Below are positions 49,632 to 62,504 of a stretch of DNA of 64,000 nt, one piece after another; positions within the stretch are counted from its first letter, which is position 1, and every line of letters begins with the position of its first letter. A program made the position numbers and the translations under genes. The stretch is from Pelomyxa schiedti (taxonomy: Eukaryota; Protista; Evosea). Below the pieces are notes generated by a model. That model did no database searches. It had not been told where the DNA came from and saw only the letters and a list, made by a program, of their open reading frames with translations. The stretch spans positions 26,102 through 90,101 of the forward strand of contig JAHLWZ010000076.1 in the NCBI GenBank assembly GCA_020536535.1. Reading direction: 5' to 3'.

Positions 49632-51643
49632 ATGAGGTGTGGTGCTAGACTACGCTATTGGGCCTATTGCGTTTCAAGCGCAATGATAAATTTCAGGTAA
49701 TACAACCATAAACAACAACATTGGTTTTTTTACTTTTTTGTGGGAAAGTGTTTTTGTCGTTTGCTTCTTCCTCTCTTATTTCACTGCAGCACATTTTACT
49801 TTTGGGTGTGCATATCACTACTAGCATATGGGATGGGAGCCACGCCACTTCAACTTGGCTTGATTCAAGCAGCAAGCTCCACCATCACAACAACAACATC
49901 ACCACTGATGGGGATATTGTCAGATAAGCTCCGGGCGCACTGGCTAGTACGCGCCAGTTCATTTGTGTTCGCGGCCAGCTGTGCTGTTTTGCTTGCGGTC
50001 TGCCGCGTGAGTGTCTGGCTGTATCTGATTCCGGTAATGATGTGTGGCCTGACATGTGCTGCATATTGGCCCACTGTGCAGGCCACGGTAGCCAAGGAGG
50101 TTGACCAGAACAACGTGAACAGAGACATGTCCCGCTTCGCAGTCTTTTGGAGCGTTGGAAAATCAGTTGGGTACATGGTGGCTGGATACATATTCCAATA
50201 CGCCGGGGGGAAGTACTCTCTGGCAGTTCCTGCTGTAGCCGCTGGGAGCGTAATGCTGTGGTACCCTTGTGGGGCACCGGGGTGCAGCGCCACTTCATCC
50301 AAGGAGGAGAAGGAGCCTCCAAGTACTAGATATTTGAAGTTACATGAAGAGCCAACTGCGGATGCACCAGATACAGCTAACAGAATATCTATGGAGGATT
50401 CGGGCAAGAGAGAGCTCAGGACCAGCAATACCCTGGCATGTCCGGTAAAATCCCCACAAGTGGAAACTGTCCAGAGTAGCAATGCTTCTCCGGCAGAAGA
50501 ACAAGTTCAACCCGTTCGGGATGATATTGCCCCTCGTACAAAAGACGCCAGCACTCAAACGAGGTCGGAAGATATAGAGACAAAGAACCCCGAAGCAATG
50601 CAAGAAATCATCATTGATATGAAAAAGCTGGCGCAAGAAAAAGAAAAAGCCACAGAGATGAGTGAATTAAATTCGCGGTTCCTTCCACTGGTAAATTGTT
50701 AACATCAATCTATAATTATTCAACTAAACTTCTGTAGGTCTACATGCTTAATTTCTGTGTATACGGTACATTAAGCACTCTCAGCAGTCAGCTCATACAT
50801 CTCATTAAGGTTTGCTCAAACCGGGAATTGAATTGTAAGCTGACTTTATATCACAGGAATACGATCTCCACATTGGTAACTTAGTTACATCAGATCAGTA
50901 TCTTGGAGTTTTCATGTGCACGCTCTTTGCAGTGCAGACGGTCATGTTTGTTGTATTCAGTATGAGCAGTGCGTGGCTCTACCGCCTATGGTTGATGTTT
51001 CTCGTGGAAGGTGTACTAGTTTCATGTATGTCCCCCAATCCTCATTTAGTAAGTCAATATCTCGTATCTAGAATATATCATATCTCGTTTAATACTGCCC
51101 CATGTGCATATCTGACCAGCCACATTAGGCCTTTGGGGAATAGCCTTCATTCCAAACTCACTGGCAGTCCTAGCCTTTGGGGTCGGAATTGGCGCCTGTG
51201 CAGCCTTTGCCGTGCAGTCATCCATCATGGTGTCACTGCGGATGAGCGACGACGCCAAGGGCAAGTACGCGGGGATCAACGAGACCATCGTCAGCGGGGG
51301 ATCCGCGGCGGTGCCCCTGGTTGCGGGGGCGGTGGCCAGCGTCGGGGCCGCGACCGCCCGCACCCCTTACGTGACCTGCGGGCTCCTCATCGCCGGCTGC
51401 GGCGTGGCCCAGGGCTGCTGGTACATGGCCCAGGAGATCCTTGCCGAGTACAGGGCCTGGCGGCACGCCAAGGAGCAGGCCGGAGGGGCAGGGGCAGGAG
51501 GAGACTCGGCGGCCAAGAAGGAGGAGCCCCGGAGGATGGAGATTAATGGCGACGATGTGGAGAAGGGCTCAGTTGGCGAGTCCAGGGAAACCAAGGTGAT
51601 AGACGACAAGGAGGAGGAGAAGCACAGCGGAGGTGACACGTGA
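49632..51643 (+). CDS. Major facilitator superfamily transporter
   Basis: MFS motif A GILSDKLRAHW; hydrophobic helices in two halves separated by a large hydrophilic loop; KGKYAGINETIVSGG; GT-AG introns. Confidence 0.82.
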
Positions 51644-51847
51644 GAGGGGAGGGGAGAACGGGGACTTATGGGACCTATGTATCACCACCCCCAACATCCA
51701 CACACCAACCACACACTGTCGTGAAGGCAGCGTGCCACCAACACCCACCCCCACAATGAGAATTTACTGTAAAACAACGCAAGGAGGTAAAAAAAAAATT
51801 TTGAGAAATAGTTCAAAAAAAAAAAAAAGTCGTTTCATTTTCGAAGG

Positions 51848-54800
51848 TTAGGACTTTGGGTCAGTGATGACAATTGTTGTAGAGGCAGGCACCTTGGTTG
51901 GTGTTGTGCGTTTGGCAGCTGTCCATCTCATTGGGGGCGGCGGGGGTGGTGGTGGTGCGTATTGTGGCATTAATGGTGATGCTGTGGGAGATACAGTTGT
52001 GTAACCAGTACTAGTAGGTGCCGATGGGGATGTTGCGAGCGATGCGGGTGATGACGGGGATGTGGAAGGGAGGGAGCCGGGTGGTGCAGAGCTTGAGATT
52101 GAGGTTGAGGTTGAGGTTGCGTTTGCGTTGGAGATTGCGGAGATTGCGGGAGCGGAGAGTGGTACCCTCAGGTTTTGCCGCATGGATTGCCTCTTGTGTG
52201 AGTTGACGGCATCTTTGAAGAGCTTCAGCCACGAGTCCTTTTCTATGTCATTTGGTGCTGATAGTATGGACTCTTGCTCCTGGAAGATGCAAGTGAGATG
52301 TGGTGTTTCTGCGGCAATGTGTTGGGCTCACCAACCTCAAAAGTGTCTTTATTGCTCCAAAGAAGGCGCAACATGGTGTCACTGAACTTTCCTGAGTTGA
52401 TTTCATTTGCAGTCAACTCAAACACCTTGACGGACTCCAGAGGTAATACTCTTACGAACTTGTAATGACTTTTGTGCTGATACGAGTAAATAGAGATAGG
52501 TAAAATGTCACTGAATACTACCTTAAGTGTCCATAGTAGTATGTCAGAAAATAAAAAGAGGTAACATGGTTCCAGAGAGGAGCCATCATGAAGAAATTTA
52601 CTTTTTTTCATGAAAGTGAGGGGACCTTCGTGTATAAATGATCTCCCTGGAATTACAACCCTGAATTCTGGAGGGGCATCCTGCAATTTTTCTGATAGAG
52701 CTTCCATTTTCTGGTTTGCTTCAATCTCTTTCTTACGAGTATTGATATTATCAGTGAGTTCGCGAATTATCCTCAATGCTTTTTCAAGGTTTTCCTTGTC
52801 TTTTTTTGTGAGAATGATGGTTGTTTAAATAATAAACTGAAGAACACACCTCTATGAGTGGGAGGTGTCACCTCAATCAAACTGTGCAATAATAATAGAT
52901 ACCGCGGTAACCTGAGAAAAAAAATCAGTCCTGCAAGGTGCACAATAAAATTCACCGTTGTACAGGCATTATAAGGTAACTTGGAAGTATCATGTGATTG
53001 GTGACTGCACTAGCTCCCATTTGCCGCATCCAGGCAGTGAAAGCTGGGCACTATTTTTCTCCTGTTAGTCCGGATGTCTGGTTTTCTTAACTTACATACC
53101 ACTTTTTGAAAATGATGAAAAACAGCTGTTGCTTTCTCATTCCAAACTATATATTCCTTCAGATTGTTAATACAGATAGTTGGAGAGGCGAACTTACAGA
53201 GTACAGTCTCGCCAATGGAGTTTTGGCGAAAAATCTAATAAATACATCCCCAATTAGAGTAGTATTGTCATATATCTCCATCCGCTCTGACAGAGAATGT
53301 AAAAAACTTTTTCCTTCCTCCGCCAGTGATGGTAATGTAATAAATAGGTGGAAAAGTTGGTCCGAAGTACACCCAAAATCTGTGTTACGTTGAACACTGC
53401 GGGGGGGAAAAAAAAAAAACCTCCACGTTTAAGAGGCTCATAGAAGCACTTCAGGCAGGTCTCCAAAGACTTGATATATTGCTTTTCAGTGGTCCATATT
53501 TCAGAAATAACACACTTCCGTTTATTGTTTAGTGTGCTTGCTTCTGCCACAATACTTGCCTTCACATCATTAAAAAAGAGAGTGTAAAATGGAATGCACA
53601 CCCTGGACTTGGAAATACTCCTTATCCTACCCACTTCGGTTATGTTTTGAGGGATTTCAGAAAATTGATATGTCTTTTGGAGAGGGGCTCCTGAAGATTC
53701 TTGAAGCTGCTCTTCCATGACCAAATCAATTATTTGGTCATTGGAATCACCAAGTTCACCATAATCCATTGTTAGAGCATCAACAAACTCCTTTCGTAGA
53801 GGCATAAAGACAGTAGTTTTGCACCTTGATAATGTAAAACAAACCAAAGAGGCAATACAGTCTAGTCAAACTGTTTTAGTTCCTCAGAAAGATGTGAGGG
53901 GCAACATGGCTCAATGTTATTGATTTGTGGTTCTATATTGTTTATTCTTATTTCAAATCGTAGTTGCTCGTCATTAGCCATTGTTTGGATGAGTGTGAGC
54001 CATGAAGACACGAAGTCTTAGAAGGAAATGTTGAATTTAGTTAAGCTTCCAATGGTTACCATGATCTTTTTGAGTGACTGAGCTTGGAAGCTGGCATATA
54101 ACCGGAATTATTCCACTAAATCCGATTGATTTAACCATCTTTTGGCATTTAGTAATGAAAAGAAAGGAAAACTTACAGCTGGATTGCTTGCTATATCAGT
54201 GTATATTTTTAGTGCCAGATTTATTTGCCTAATGGGCAATTTGGCCCATGGAATCGTAACCAGGTTGAGTGCTAGCATTTCATTATCAATCTGTGCGCTA
54301 TTGTGGACAGTGAGTACGAGCATTTATTGGGAATATGTTAGCAACCCTATATTTACAAGTTGCACTAATAACTCGAGAACCATTTCAATTACAGTTTCTT
54401 CTTGGTTGTGCTTGACTATCACATCTGATACAGTTCCGAACATACCTAAAGAGTATGCTTAGTTGCGAAGAAGAGGTAATGAAGAGCACCTGATATAATC
54501 ATTGATCCACATACAACTGGTTTTATTGTGAATTCATCTACGTGACTGAGGCTTATAAAAACTCTCAGAGCAGTTGTTATGGTCTGTGGATCAAGCTTCA
54601 TGAGTTCCAAAAATACAGGTACACCACTTTCTTCACAAAAAGTCTTGTGAATTTGAAAATGGCTGGGTTGTAGAAGACCTAAGGGGGTTAAACAGGAATT
54701 AGAATAAAAGTAGATACTTAAAAATAATGATAGTGATAATTTGAGAGTGTCGGGGTGCATCACAGGAGCATTCCGGAGGGATGTTATCAGAGGTGGAAGC

Positions 54801-56026
54801 CCTGTGCACCAAGCATCCACGTGACTTTCATCCCACAATTCAGATAGTTTCAGGAGCAACTTTAAATTGCGTTCGATAAGACTTTGGTGTGCAGTCATTG
54901 CTGTAAGAATCAGGGAGGAAGGAGATTTAATTTTGAAACGGAAGCTTACACAGTGATGTGCAAAGGGCGTCTATGACTGCATTGCAAGCAATCCATTGAA
55001 TATTGTCAGGAACCAGAATTAATTGAGAAAGAATAGTTAGAGCAAGTTCTTGTGTTATAGGCTGTGTCAAATGTTAGAAAAGCTCTTTTCCTAGAAGAGG
55101 AACCTGGCCGCCAGTAACTATTGTTAGTAATGGTTGTATACCACGGGTAATAAATAAAGCAGATATTTCACTATTCTCATCGGATTCATTCAACGAACGC
55201 AATACCTTGTACTGGTTAATGCTAAGCAATAGGGCTATGATAGAGAAACTTCAAGTTTGCTGTTCGAATCGCCATTTACAAGGATAGTATACAATTCCTC
55301 TGTCTTGGGAGATATCGTCATGTTGGCGTATGGATTGGTTTTTTTTAGTGGGGTGTGGCAATTTGATGAATCACAAGGCAATGTAGATTGACTATCAGTG
55401 TGTGCAGTTGAATTTTCTGTAGAAATTACGTTGTTGGGTGGAATCGCATGGCGGGAAGATTTGTGAGTCTTTCTGTGATGCCGAGGTGGTGGAGGTGGTG
55501 GGGGTGGCTCTTCTTCATCGAGAATTGCTTGTGAGGTGGATAGTTCGGGAGGTGGTGACTGGGAACGGCGAGTGGCTTCTGGGGTTACTGGAATTTGCTT
55601 CATAAGGTCAACGGAGCTTTTTGATCGCAATTCCCCACCCAGTGCTATGGGGCTATACTTGATTTTATTCTCATTTTAAGCAGAAAAGCAAATAAACAAG
55701 AATCTAAAAGTTCATAATGGCACACGTGAATTGACGAGACAGTAGGTTTGGAGGAAGTGAGGCTCCTGACTGGGTTTTTTTGTTGGAAAGGGGTCAAATG
55801 TTAGGTGGTTTCCACAATAATATATAGAATTAGAAAGCAATAGTGTAATTACAGTGTCAGCACTGTGCCTGAGTTGCCTTGTTGCCTGCTGCCACGTACC
55901 ACCCGCTCCACCAGGGGTAGAACCATCCTTCAGGTTTTTTTTTAGTTTGTGAAGGTTTCTGATTCAAGCAAACAAGTCAAACACATATAATAGAGTACAA
56001 ACAAATGCAAACTGTACCTTATGCAT
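51848..56026 (-). CDS. RhoGEF with armadillo-like repeats + DH + PH domains and proline-rich tails
   Basis: DH: RKCVISEIWTTEKQYIKSL and YLIMPVQR|LPRYLLLL; PH: PGRSFIHEGPL...YLFLFSDILLW; ARM-like FCEESGVPVFLELM and IISGALHYL. The start exon (ATG 56026) is inferred. Confidence 0.82.
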
Positions 56027-56404
56027 TGATTACCTCCCTGCTCCTGTGTTTGGTCTTTTTTGTTTTTCTCGGTTGCGAGACTCTGGTGGTGGCTGACAGC
56101 AAATTGGTTCCACGAACCGGGATTGTGGCTTGTTCGTATCTGTTAAGTTGTCGTGAACACACGAGCACAACTTTTTGATTGATGTTAGCATTACCGCAGA
56201 GGTTGTTGCACAGAGCTTCCTGGCCAATCTGGCAGGGGAGATTTGGGAGGTGAGAAGACTGGTGGAGGAGAATAATGAGAAGATTTGGAGGAAGTTTCCC
56301 CCCAGAGTGCGAGTTGGGAGTCTGACTTGATGAGATCCCTTTTTTTTTTCCTTAGCTGAAGAGAAAAACAAAGAAATAACAATAAAAAAATCACCAAGTG
56401 CAAC

Positions 56405-59342
56405 ATGCAAGGCTCGCAGGGCACCGTCGCCAGACCGCAAGATCCAACGGCGACCAACAAGGACTCGGTCGTGTGTACGACACAAGATTCTGCCGCAGGT
56501 GGTTCCCCGTCGTGTTTTTCAACGTCACCGTCACCGCCGACGCTTCCCACACCTCGCGCAGTAAATCTCTCTGAAACGGTCACTTTAACTCCGCCGAGAT
56601 CCGTGTCTTCGCCACCTCCTGTCACAGATCCCAACCTTACTTCTGCAAAACCTACAACACCAACCACCACGCGAAGGCCTCCATCGTGCCGGTCGCCTAC
56701 AAACGTAACCCCCACATCCGACTCGCCTTTGCGCTCCTCATCACAGCTTCCCCCGTCTCCTCAATCACCGACAACTCCACGCAGATATGGCATCAGCGAT
56801 CCTGTAAGCACAGCCCCGCCCACTCCGCGTGATATTCAGAACACGCATGATATGGAACGCATTCTCCACGAGTTTGATTTGTACGAGTCCCAACAAGAGA
56901 CTGAACTGAGGGAAGCTGTTTTGGCGCGACTTAATTCTATTTGCAAGGAGTGGAGTAGGACAGTTAGTGCGTGGAAGGTTAGTTAAAAAAACAAAACCAA
57001 AAAAAAAAGACCTTATCCTTTCCCTCCAACAGTTTGTAGGGCCAACCTGAAGACTCTGGGGCAAAGGTTTTTACTTTTGGTTCGTACCGCCTTGGAGTGC
57101 ATTCATCTGGAGCTGATATGGATACACTTTGTGTGGGGCCAGCTCATATTGATAGAAGTGATTTTTTCCATTCTTTGCCTGAGCTGCTTTCAAATTGTCC
57201 CGATGTTAGTGATATGACTGTAAGTCCCATTATTCCCGCCTTGGTCTGCTAACCAGATTGCAGCCAATTGAAGACGCATATGCTCCCTTAATTAGAATGA
57301 AGATATCGGGCATAGAGGTAATAACTATAAATTCCAAAATCTTGATAAATTCTATCTTATAGATCGACTTGCTGTACGCCCGATTGCTGCTATCTCAGAT
57401 TCCTGGTTTGTAATGTTGTAAATTTCTCAGTTATAACCCTTGGCAGATGATCTTGACCTCCAAGATGATTCCTTGTTGAGGGACTTGGATGCAAAAGATG
57501 TTACAAGCCTCAACGGTATACTCCCTTCTCACTTATGGGTGTAACCAAAAGAAAGGCCCTCGGGTTACTGATTGTATTTTGAGTTTGGTCCCAAACGGTG
57601 AGGTGTTTCGCTTAAGCTTGAGGTGCATTAAACTGTGGGCTAAACGTGAGCAAGCAATAACATAGACCAACCTAAAACCTTGACCAACAGGTCGTGGTAT
57701 ATATGCAAATGTTGTGGGCTACCTTGGAGGTGTTTCGTGGGTCATCCTAGTTGCACGCATATGTCAACTGTACCCCTGTGCTGTGGCAAGTACAATCGTC
57801 AGCCGATTTTTCTTTGTTTATAGTCAGTGGAAGTGGCCTCTTCCTGTTATCCTAAAAGCGATTGTTCCAGAGACCATGGGGCACAAAGTTTGGAATCCTT
57901 TGGTAACTTGACATGTTCTGTTCAATTTTGACGTGTAAATAGCAATATCCTCGAGATAAACTTGATGTCATGCCAATAATAAGTATGCACTCTTAATTTC
58001 TTAAGGTGTTTTAATAACATATTGACAAAAGCCCCCGCCTATCCATCAATCAATTCGGCACACAATGTATTGCAGTCAACATTGGCACTTATGATTGATG
58101 AATTTCATCGTGGACACCAAATAATGCAAAAGTGTGCAGCTGGTGAGTGTTCGTGGAATGATCTGTTTGAGAAGAATAATTTCTTTTCACGTTACAAGGG
58201 GTATGTTCAGGTCATTGCATCTGCTGCTTCAAGTGAGGATCATATTAAATGGTTTCTACCCTCAAAAAAAAAAAAAAAACTGACCTGGGGTTAGGCAAGG
58301 ATACTTGAAGTCTCGTTTGCACAATTTGGTTTCCAATCTTGAGAAAACGCCAAACCTTAAGTATGCCCAACCCTATACGGATGGGATCCGTCTTGTTCCT
58401 TGTGAGCCTTTGTCTGGAAGTACTCCTAGTCTTCCTGCACCCAATGTAGCCACAAATTCTCCATCTTCACCAATTCCATGTGCAGCATCACCTCCAACAG
58501 TACCGACGCCCAATAATCAAACCACTACAGTTACCCCAACTCTTGAGACACCATCCTTCAGAACCTCTTACTTCCTTGGTCTCGTTTTTTCATCTGTAAA
58601 GGTTAACCTTACTGAGGCAGTCAACAATTTCACAGAAGAAGTAAAAGAATGGTGGATGCGCTCTGAAACAATGCATGTTACTGTGAGCTATTGTAAAAGG
58701 TACTAATTTAATTTCCCTTTGTAGCTCAATATTCATCACTTTATCTGAAGGCAACTTCTTCCGGCCTATGTATTCAGTGACAACAATAGCAACAGTCCAC
58801 ATGGAACACCTCAAGATTATTCTGGTTCACCCCCAATGTCTACCCCTGTACCACAACCCCTTCTTGCCTCGCCACTTGGAAAGCGTGCTCCGGGTTCTCC
58901 TCCAGGATTCAATGAATGTGACCCACAATCCGCCAAGCAACGCCGTGTGCAGTCACCGGCCACTCCTCCCCTCACGCGTTCCGGATCGAATCCTTTACTA
59001 TCATCCCAATCTCAGCTTCAAGATTACCTGCAACAGACACCCCAACCCCAATTAGATCAGTCACTGACTCCTGTTGTGCAAACAGACCAGTCCCAAGCCC
59101 AGGAATCGAATCAGAGCAAGAATACCTGCGTGAACACAGAGCCAACCACAATGTCAACAGAATCTAATACAACCCTGGTATGTAGTTTTCCTTTTTCCCT
59201 GTTATGTTGATTCTTCCCGGTTCTCCCTATGACATGTTTTTGACCGGACACATGAAGGGTACTCCCCCCTTTTTCGAGGTTGTGGTTGTAACTTCACCAA
59301 ACAAAAACACAGCATCGTGAGGAAACAGAAAAGCTAAGTTGA
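56405..59342 (+). CDS. PAP: Canonical nuclear poly(A) polymerase with S/P/T-rich extensions
   Basis: YGISDPVS, KVFTFGSYRLGVHSSGADMDTLC, SLNG|PRVTD, LRCIKLWAK|RGIYANVVGYLGGVSW, QWKWPLPVIL, PAYPSINSAHNV. The 3' end is approximate. Confidence 0.93.
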
Positions 59343-59793
59343 CTTTTTGTGGTGTATGATAAGTACTGGCTTCAAGTCAAGACTTCAATGGCTTCCCCTC
59401 CCAATTCCTTTCTTCATTGCCCTAGCTAATCCAAGCCAAACAAACAAAAAAAAACAAAAAAACAGGAAACAAGAAAAAAAAATGAAAAAATAAAAAACCA
59501 AAAAAAAAAGGGGAAAAACAAAAAAAAAAAAAAAACCACACCTGCTTTCCTTTGCGCAGCACCATCAGATCAGATCTGTTCTGATGGCAAAATTGGACGA
59601 AAAAATCAAAATAACAACAAAAGGGAAGAAAAAAACGGCAGTTTGGAGCGGGTACGGATTCAAATCGGCGCGACACCGCCAACATCAAGTTGGACCACGT
59701 TATCTAACATCGAAAAGGCGGTGAGGCAGTCCCATAATTGATTGTTGTGGTATTAGCGACAGGCAAATAGTGTGTACTGACAGGAGAAAAAAA

Positions 59794-60895
59794 ATGGCCG
59801 CCACTACGATGCCCCCTGCCAGTAATGTATTTCAATTTAAGTTAGTGCTTCTTGGCGAATCGGCCGTCGGAAAATCAGTGCGTATTTCACTTTTCAATTT
59901 GAAAACATACAAAAAAAAAACAAGCATAATAAAAATATACCGTTGTTGTTTGGATTGTGGACTCACGTTTCTATTCTCAGAGTTTGGTGTTACGTTTTGT
60001 TAAAGGGCAGTTCCTCGACTACCAGGAAAGTACTATTGGTGGTAGGAGCTCCCATTCCTTTTCCTCCCTCTTTCTCCTTTACTTAGATGCACAAAGCGGC
60101 CTTTTTAACCCAAACTGTATGCGTTAATGAAACAACTGTCAAGTTTGAAATTTGGGTATTCTCTCATTTCTGGCTCAGTTTTACCTAGTAAAACTCATTT
60201 TAGGATACAGCTGGCCAGGAGAGATATCATGCCCTAGCTCCTATGTAAAATTGCTTCTCGCAGTATTTCACCCTCAAATTTATTTAGGTATTATCGCGGT
60301 GCACAAGCAGCAATTGTAGTTTAGTATGTCTTTTTATATTTTTCCCAACCTCACGAACTTTCCAAAAATCCAGTGACATCACAAATGCGGTACTTGCACC
60401 ATATGCATGAAGTTTGGTTCTTATGAAATATGTTGTAGGAATCCTTTGCAAAAGCCAAGTTGTGGGTGCAGGAACTTCAGCGCCAAGGCAGCCCGAACAT
60501 TGTAATCAGTTTGGCTGGGAATAAATTTGATCTTGCCGCCAGACGTAAAGTTGACACAGAAGTAAGTGGATGTTCACCTTTTAAATACAATTCACCTGGA
60601 ACAGCTAGCACAGCAGTACGCTGATGAAAATGGTATTCTGTTCATGGAGGTTAACTTCCCTTTGTTGGACTCCTTCCTTGTTGACTTAATTCCAGACAAG
60701 TGCGAAGAGCAATACCAACGTAAACGAACTTTTTGTTGCCATAGGTAATTTTCTTCTGTCTCCCAAACATGAACTAACAAACGAGAAGCAAAGAAATTGC
60801 CCAAGACACCCCCCATAAGACAAGACAAAATATCAGCACTCACTCTCCAGAATACCCCCATAGACCCCAAGAGAAAAAAGTGCTGTTCATCCTGA
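59794..60895 (+). CDS. RAB5: Rab5 GTPase (9 introns)
   Basis: [14 protein letters not shown]|[20 protein letters not shown]|AAFLTQTV, W|[14 protein letters not shown]|[12 protein letters not shown]|DIT, NKFD, E|TSAK; C-terminal CCSS*. Confidence 0.96.
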
Positions 60896-61074
60896 CAAAA
60901 ACCACCACCATTACACCTTGTGCAATAACAGTAATTTCTTGGTTAACCCTCTCCTGAAGTTTTTCATTGAAATACGCGTAACAAATACCAACTTAACCAA
61001 CTTCGTTAATACGGAAAAGAATAAAGTCGTTTCCACGTAAAACCAAAACAAATTGGAACAACAACCGCAGACGC

Positions 61075-62478
61075 ATGGGTACTGGATCCTCACAGCCGGC
61101 AACTCCTGTCGCATCAACCGAGCCACAACCCAGTGACGTCACACCGCTGGCACCAAGGCAACTGAGCGCCGCAGAGCAGCAGCGCCTCGCGCAAGAGGTT
61201 GCTAGACTGAGGGACCAATTGGGCCCGGAGAACTACCGCCCGGGCAGGCTCAGGAACGTACCCAACGTGCCGTCGACTCTGAACAGGGTACGAATCGCCA
61301 TTGTGGGACAGACCGGCTCGGGCAAGAGCTGCCTCGTCAGCACGACCCACCGAGCCGTCTCGTTGCCGTACGTAGCCGACGGCGACCAGGAGCCGACGTG
61401 GTACCCGGCGGTCGGCGAGAGCAGCAGCGGCGGCGAGGGCACGGTGCTCACCGAGGAGGTACTTATGGGACCCCGCGCCTCCGCGTCGTCGTATTCCTCG
61501 TCGTACCTCGACACCCGCGGGTTCTTCTCCAACAACCCCCTCGAGTTCGCCGAGTTCGTCGCCATCGTCGACGGCCGCCTGCGCCACGGCGACACGGCCG
61601 ACCGCGGCGACGTCGGCACGCCGCTGCCGTGCTTCCCGACGGGGCTGCCGCCGTCGTCGTGGTCCGCCGACGACATCCTGGACCGCGGCGTCACGTGCGA
61701 GGCGCCGCTGGCCGACCGCGTGCACGGCGTCATCGTGGTGGTCAAGGCCAACGACCCGCGGCTGGCCTCCGGGACCTACGACGGCGCGCTGGAGCGCCCG
61801 CGCCGCGTGCTCGGCGGCCTCGGCATCGCGCCGGTGTGCGTCGTCACGCACGAGGACACCCTGAGGACGCAGGCGGAGCGCGACCGCGCCCTGCACCTGG
61901 CGTCGGCCTGCACCGGGAGCTCCGTCGAGGACACCTACTTGATAACAAACTACACGGCTAGGATGAGGGCCAGGTCCGTTCTCACGGACTGGGAGGTACT
62001 GCGAAAATTTGTTGTCAAGCACTTGCTTCCCGCTAAAATGACAAAAAAAAACCAATTATCCAATCTTCTTACTTGCTGTAGGCTCTCACCGTGCTGCATA
62101 AGGCTTTGGAAATGGCGGAGCGGCATATTGATATCTACCTCAGTAGACAGGCGGCATCCATGTTCCCGTACCAATTAGCCACCAAGGAGGCCAGGCCACA
62201 GCCACCAACAGGAACCAAGGGCACTGTTACCGTGCACAGAGGGGACCAGAAGGCAAACTACCGCTTGACGGACGCCACAACACTGGCTGACTTATTTACA
62301 AATGCAAAAAATAGATGGAAGGACCTTACAGGCCAGAATTTCTTTGGTGATCAGGTTCCACTCTCTTTCCTCTTTTTTCTTCTTCAGTCCATTTGTTAAT
62401 ACCACACTACAGGAAGGTGCTGAGTATCCCATGTTTGAGCTGGTTCTCAATTTACCCCGGGACATTTATCTGTACTAA
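61075..62478 (+). CDS. IFI44/IFI44L-like P-loop GTPase with N-myristoylation motif and C-terminal ubiquitin-like domain (paralog A; 2 introns)
   Basis: MGTGSS; RIAIVGQTGSGKS; DTRG; PLADRVHGVIVVV; GIAPVCVVTHED; TYLITNY; introns at 61996-62081 and 62355-62412; beta-grasp-like C-terminus VTVHRGDQKANYRLTDATTLADLF...FFGDQ|EGAEYP. Confidence 0.7.
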
Positions 62479-62504
62479 AAGAGCATTATTTCCATAAATT
62501 TTTT

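Noticed and set aside
61114-62055. Long antisense ORFs (313 aa and 172 aa) over IFI44-like A
   Set aside because: They are shadow ORFs caused by high GC3 on the coding strand and carry no recognisable motifs.
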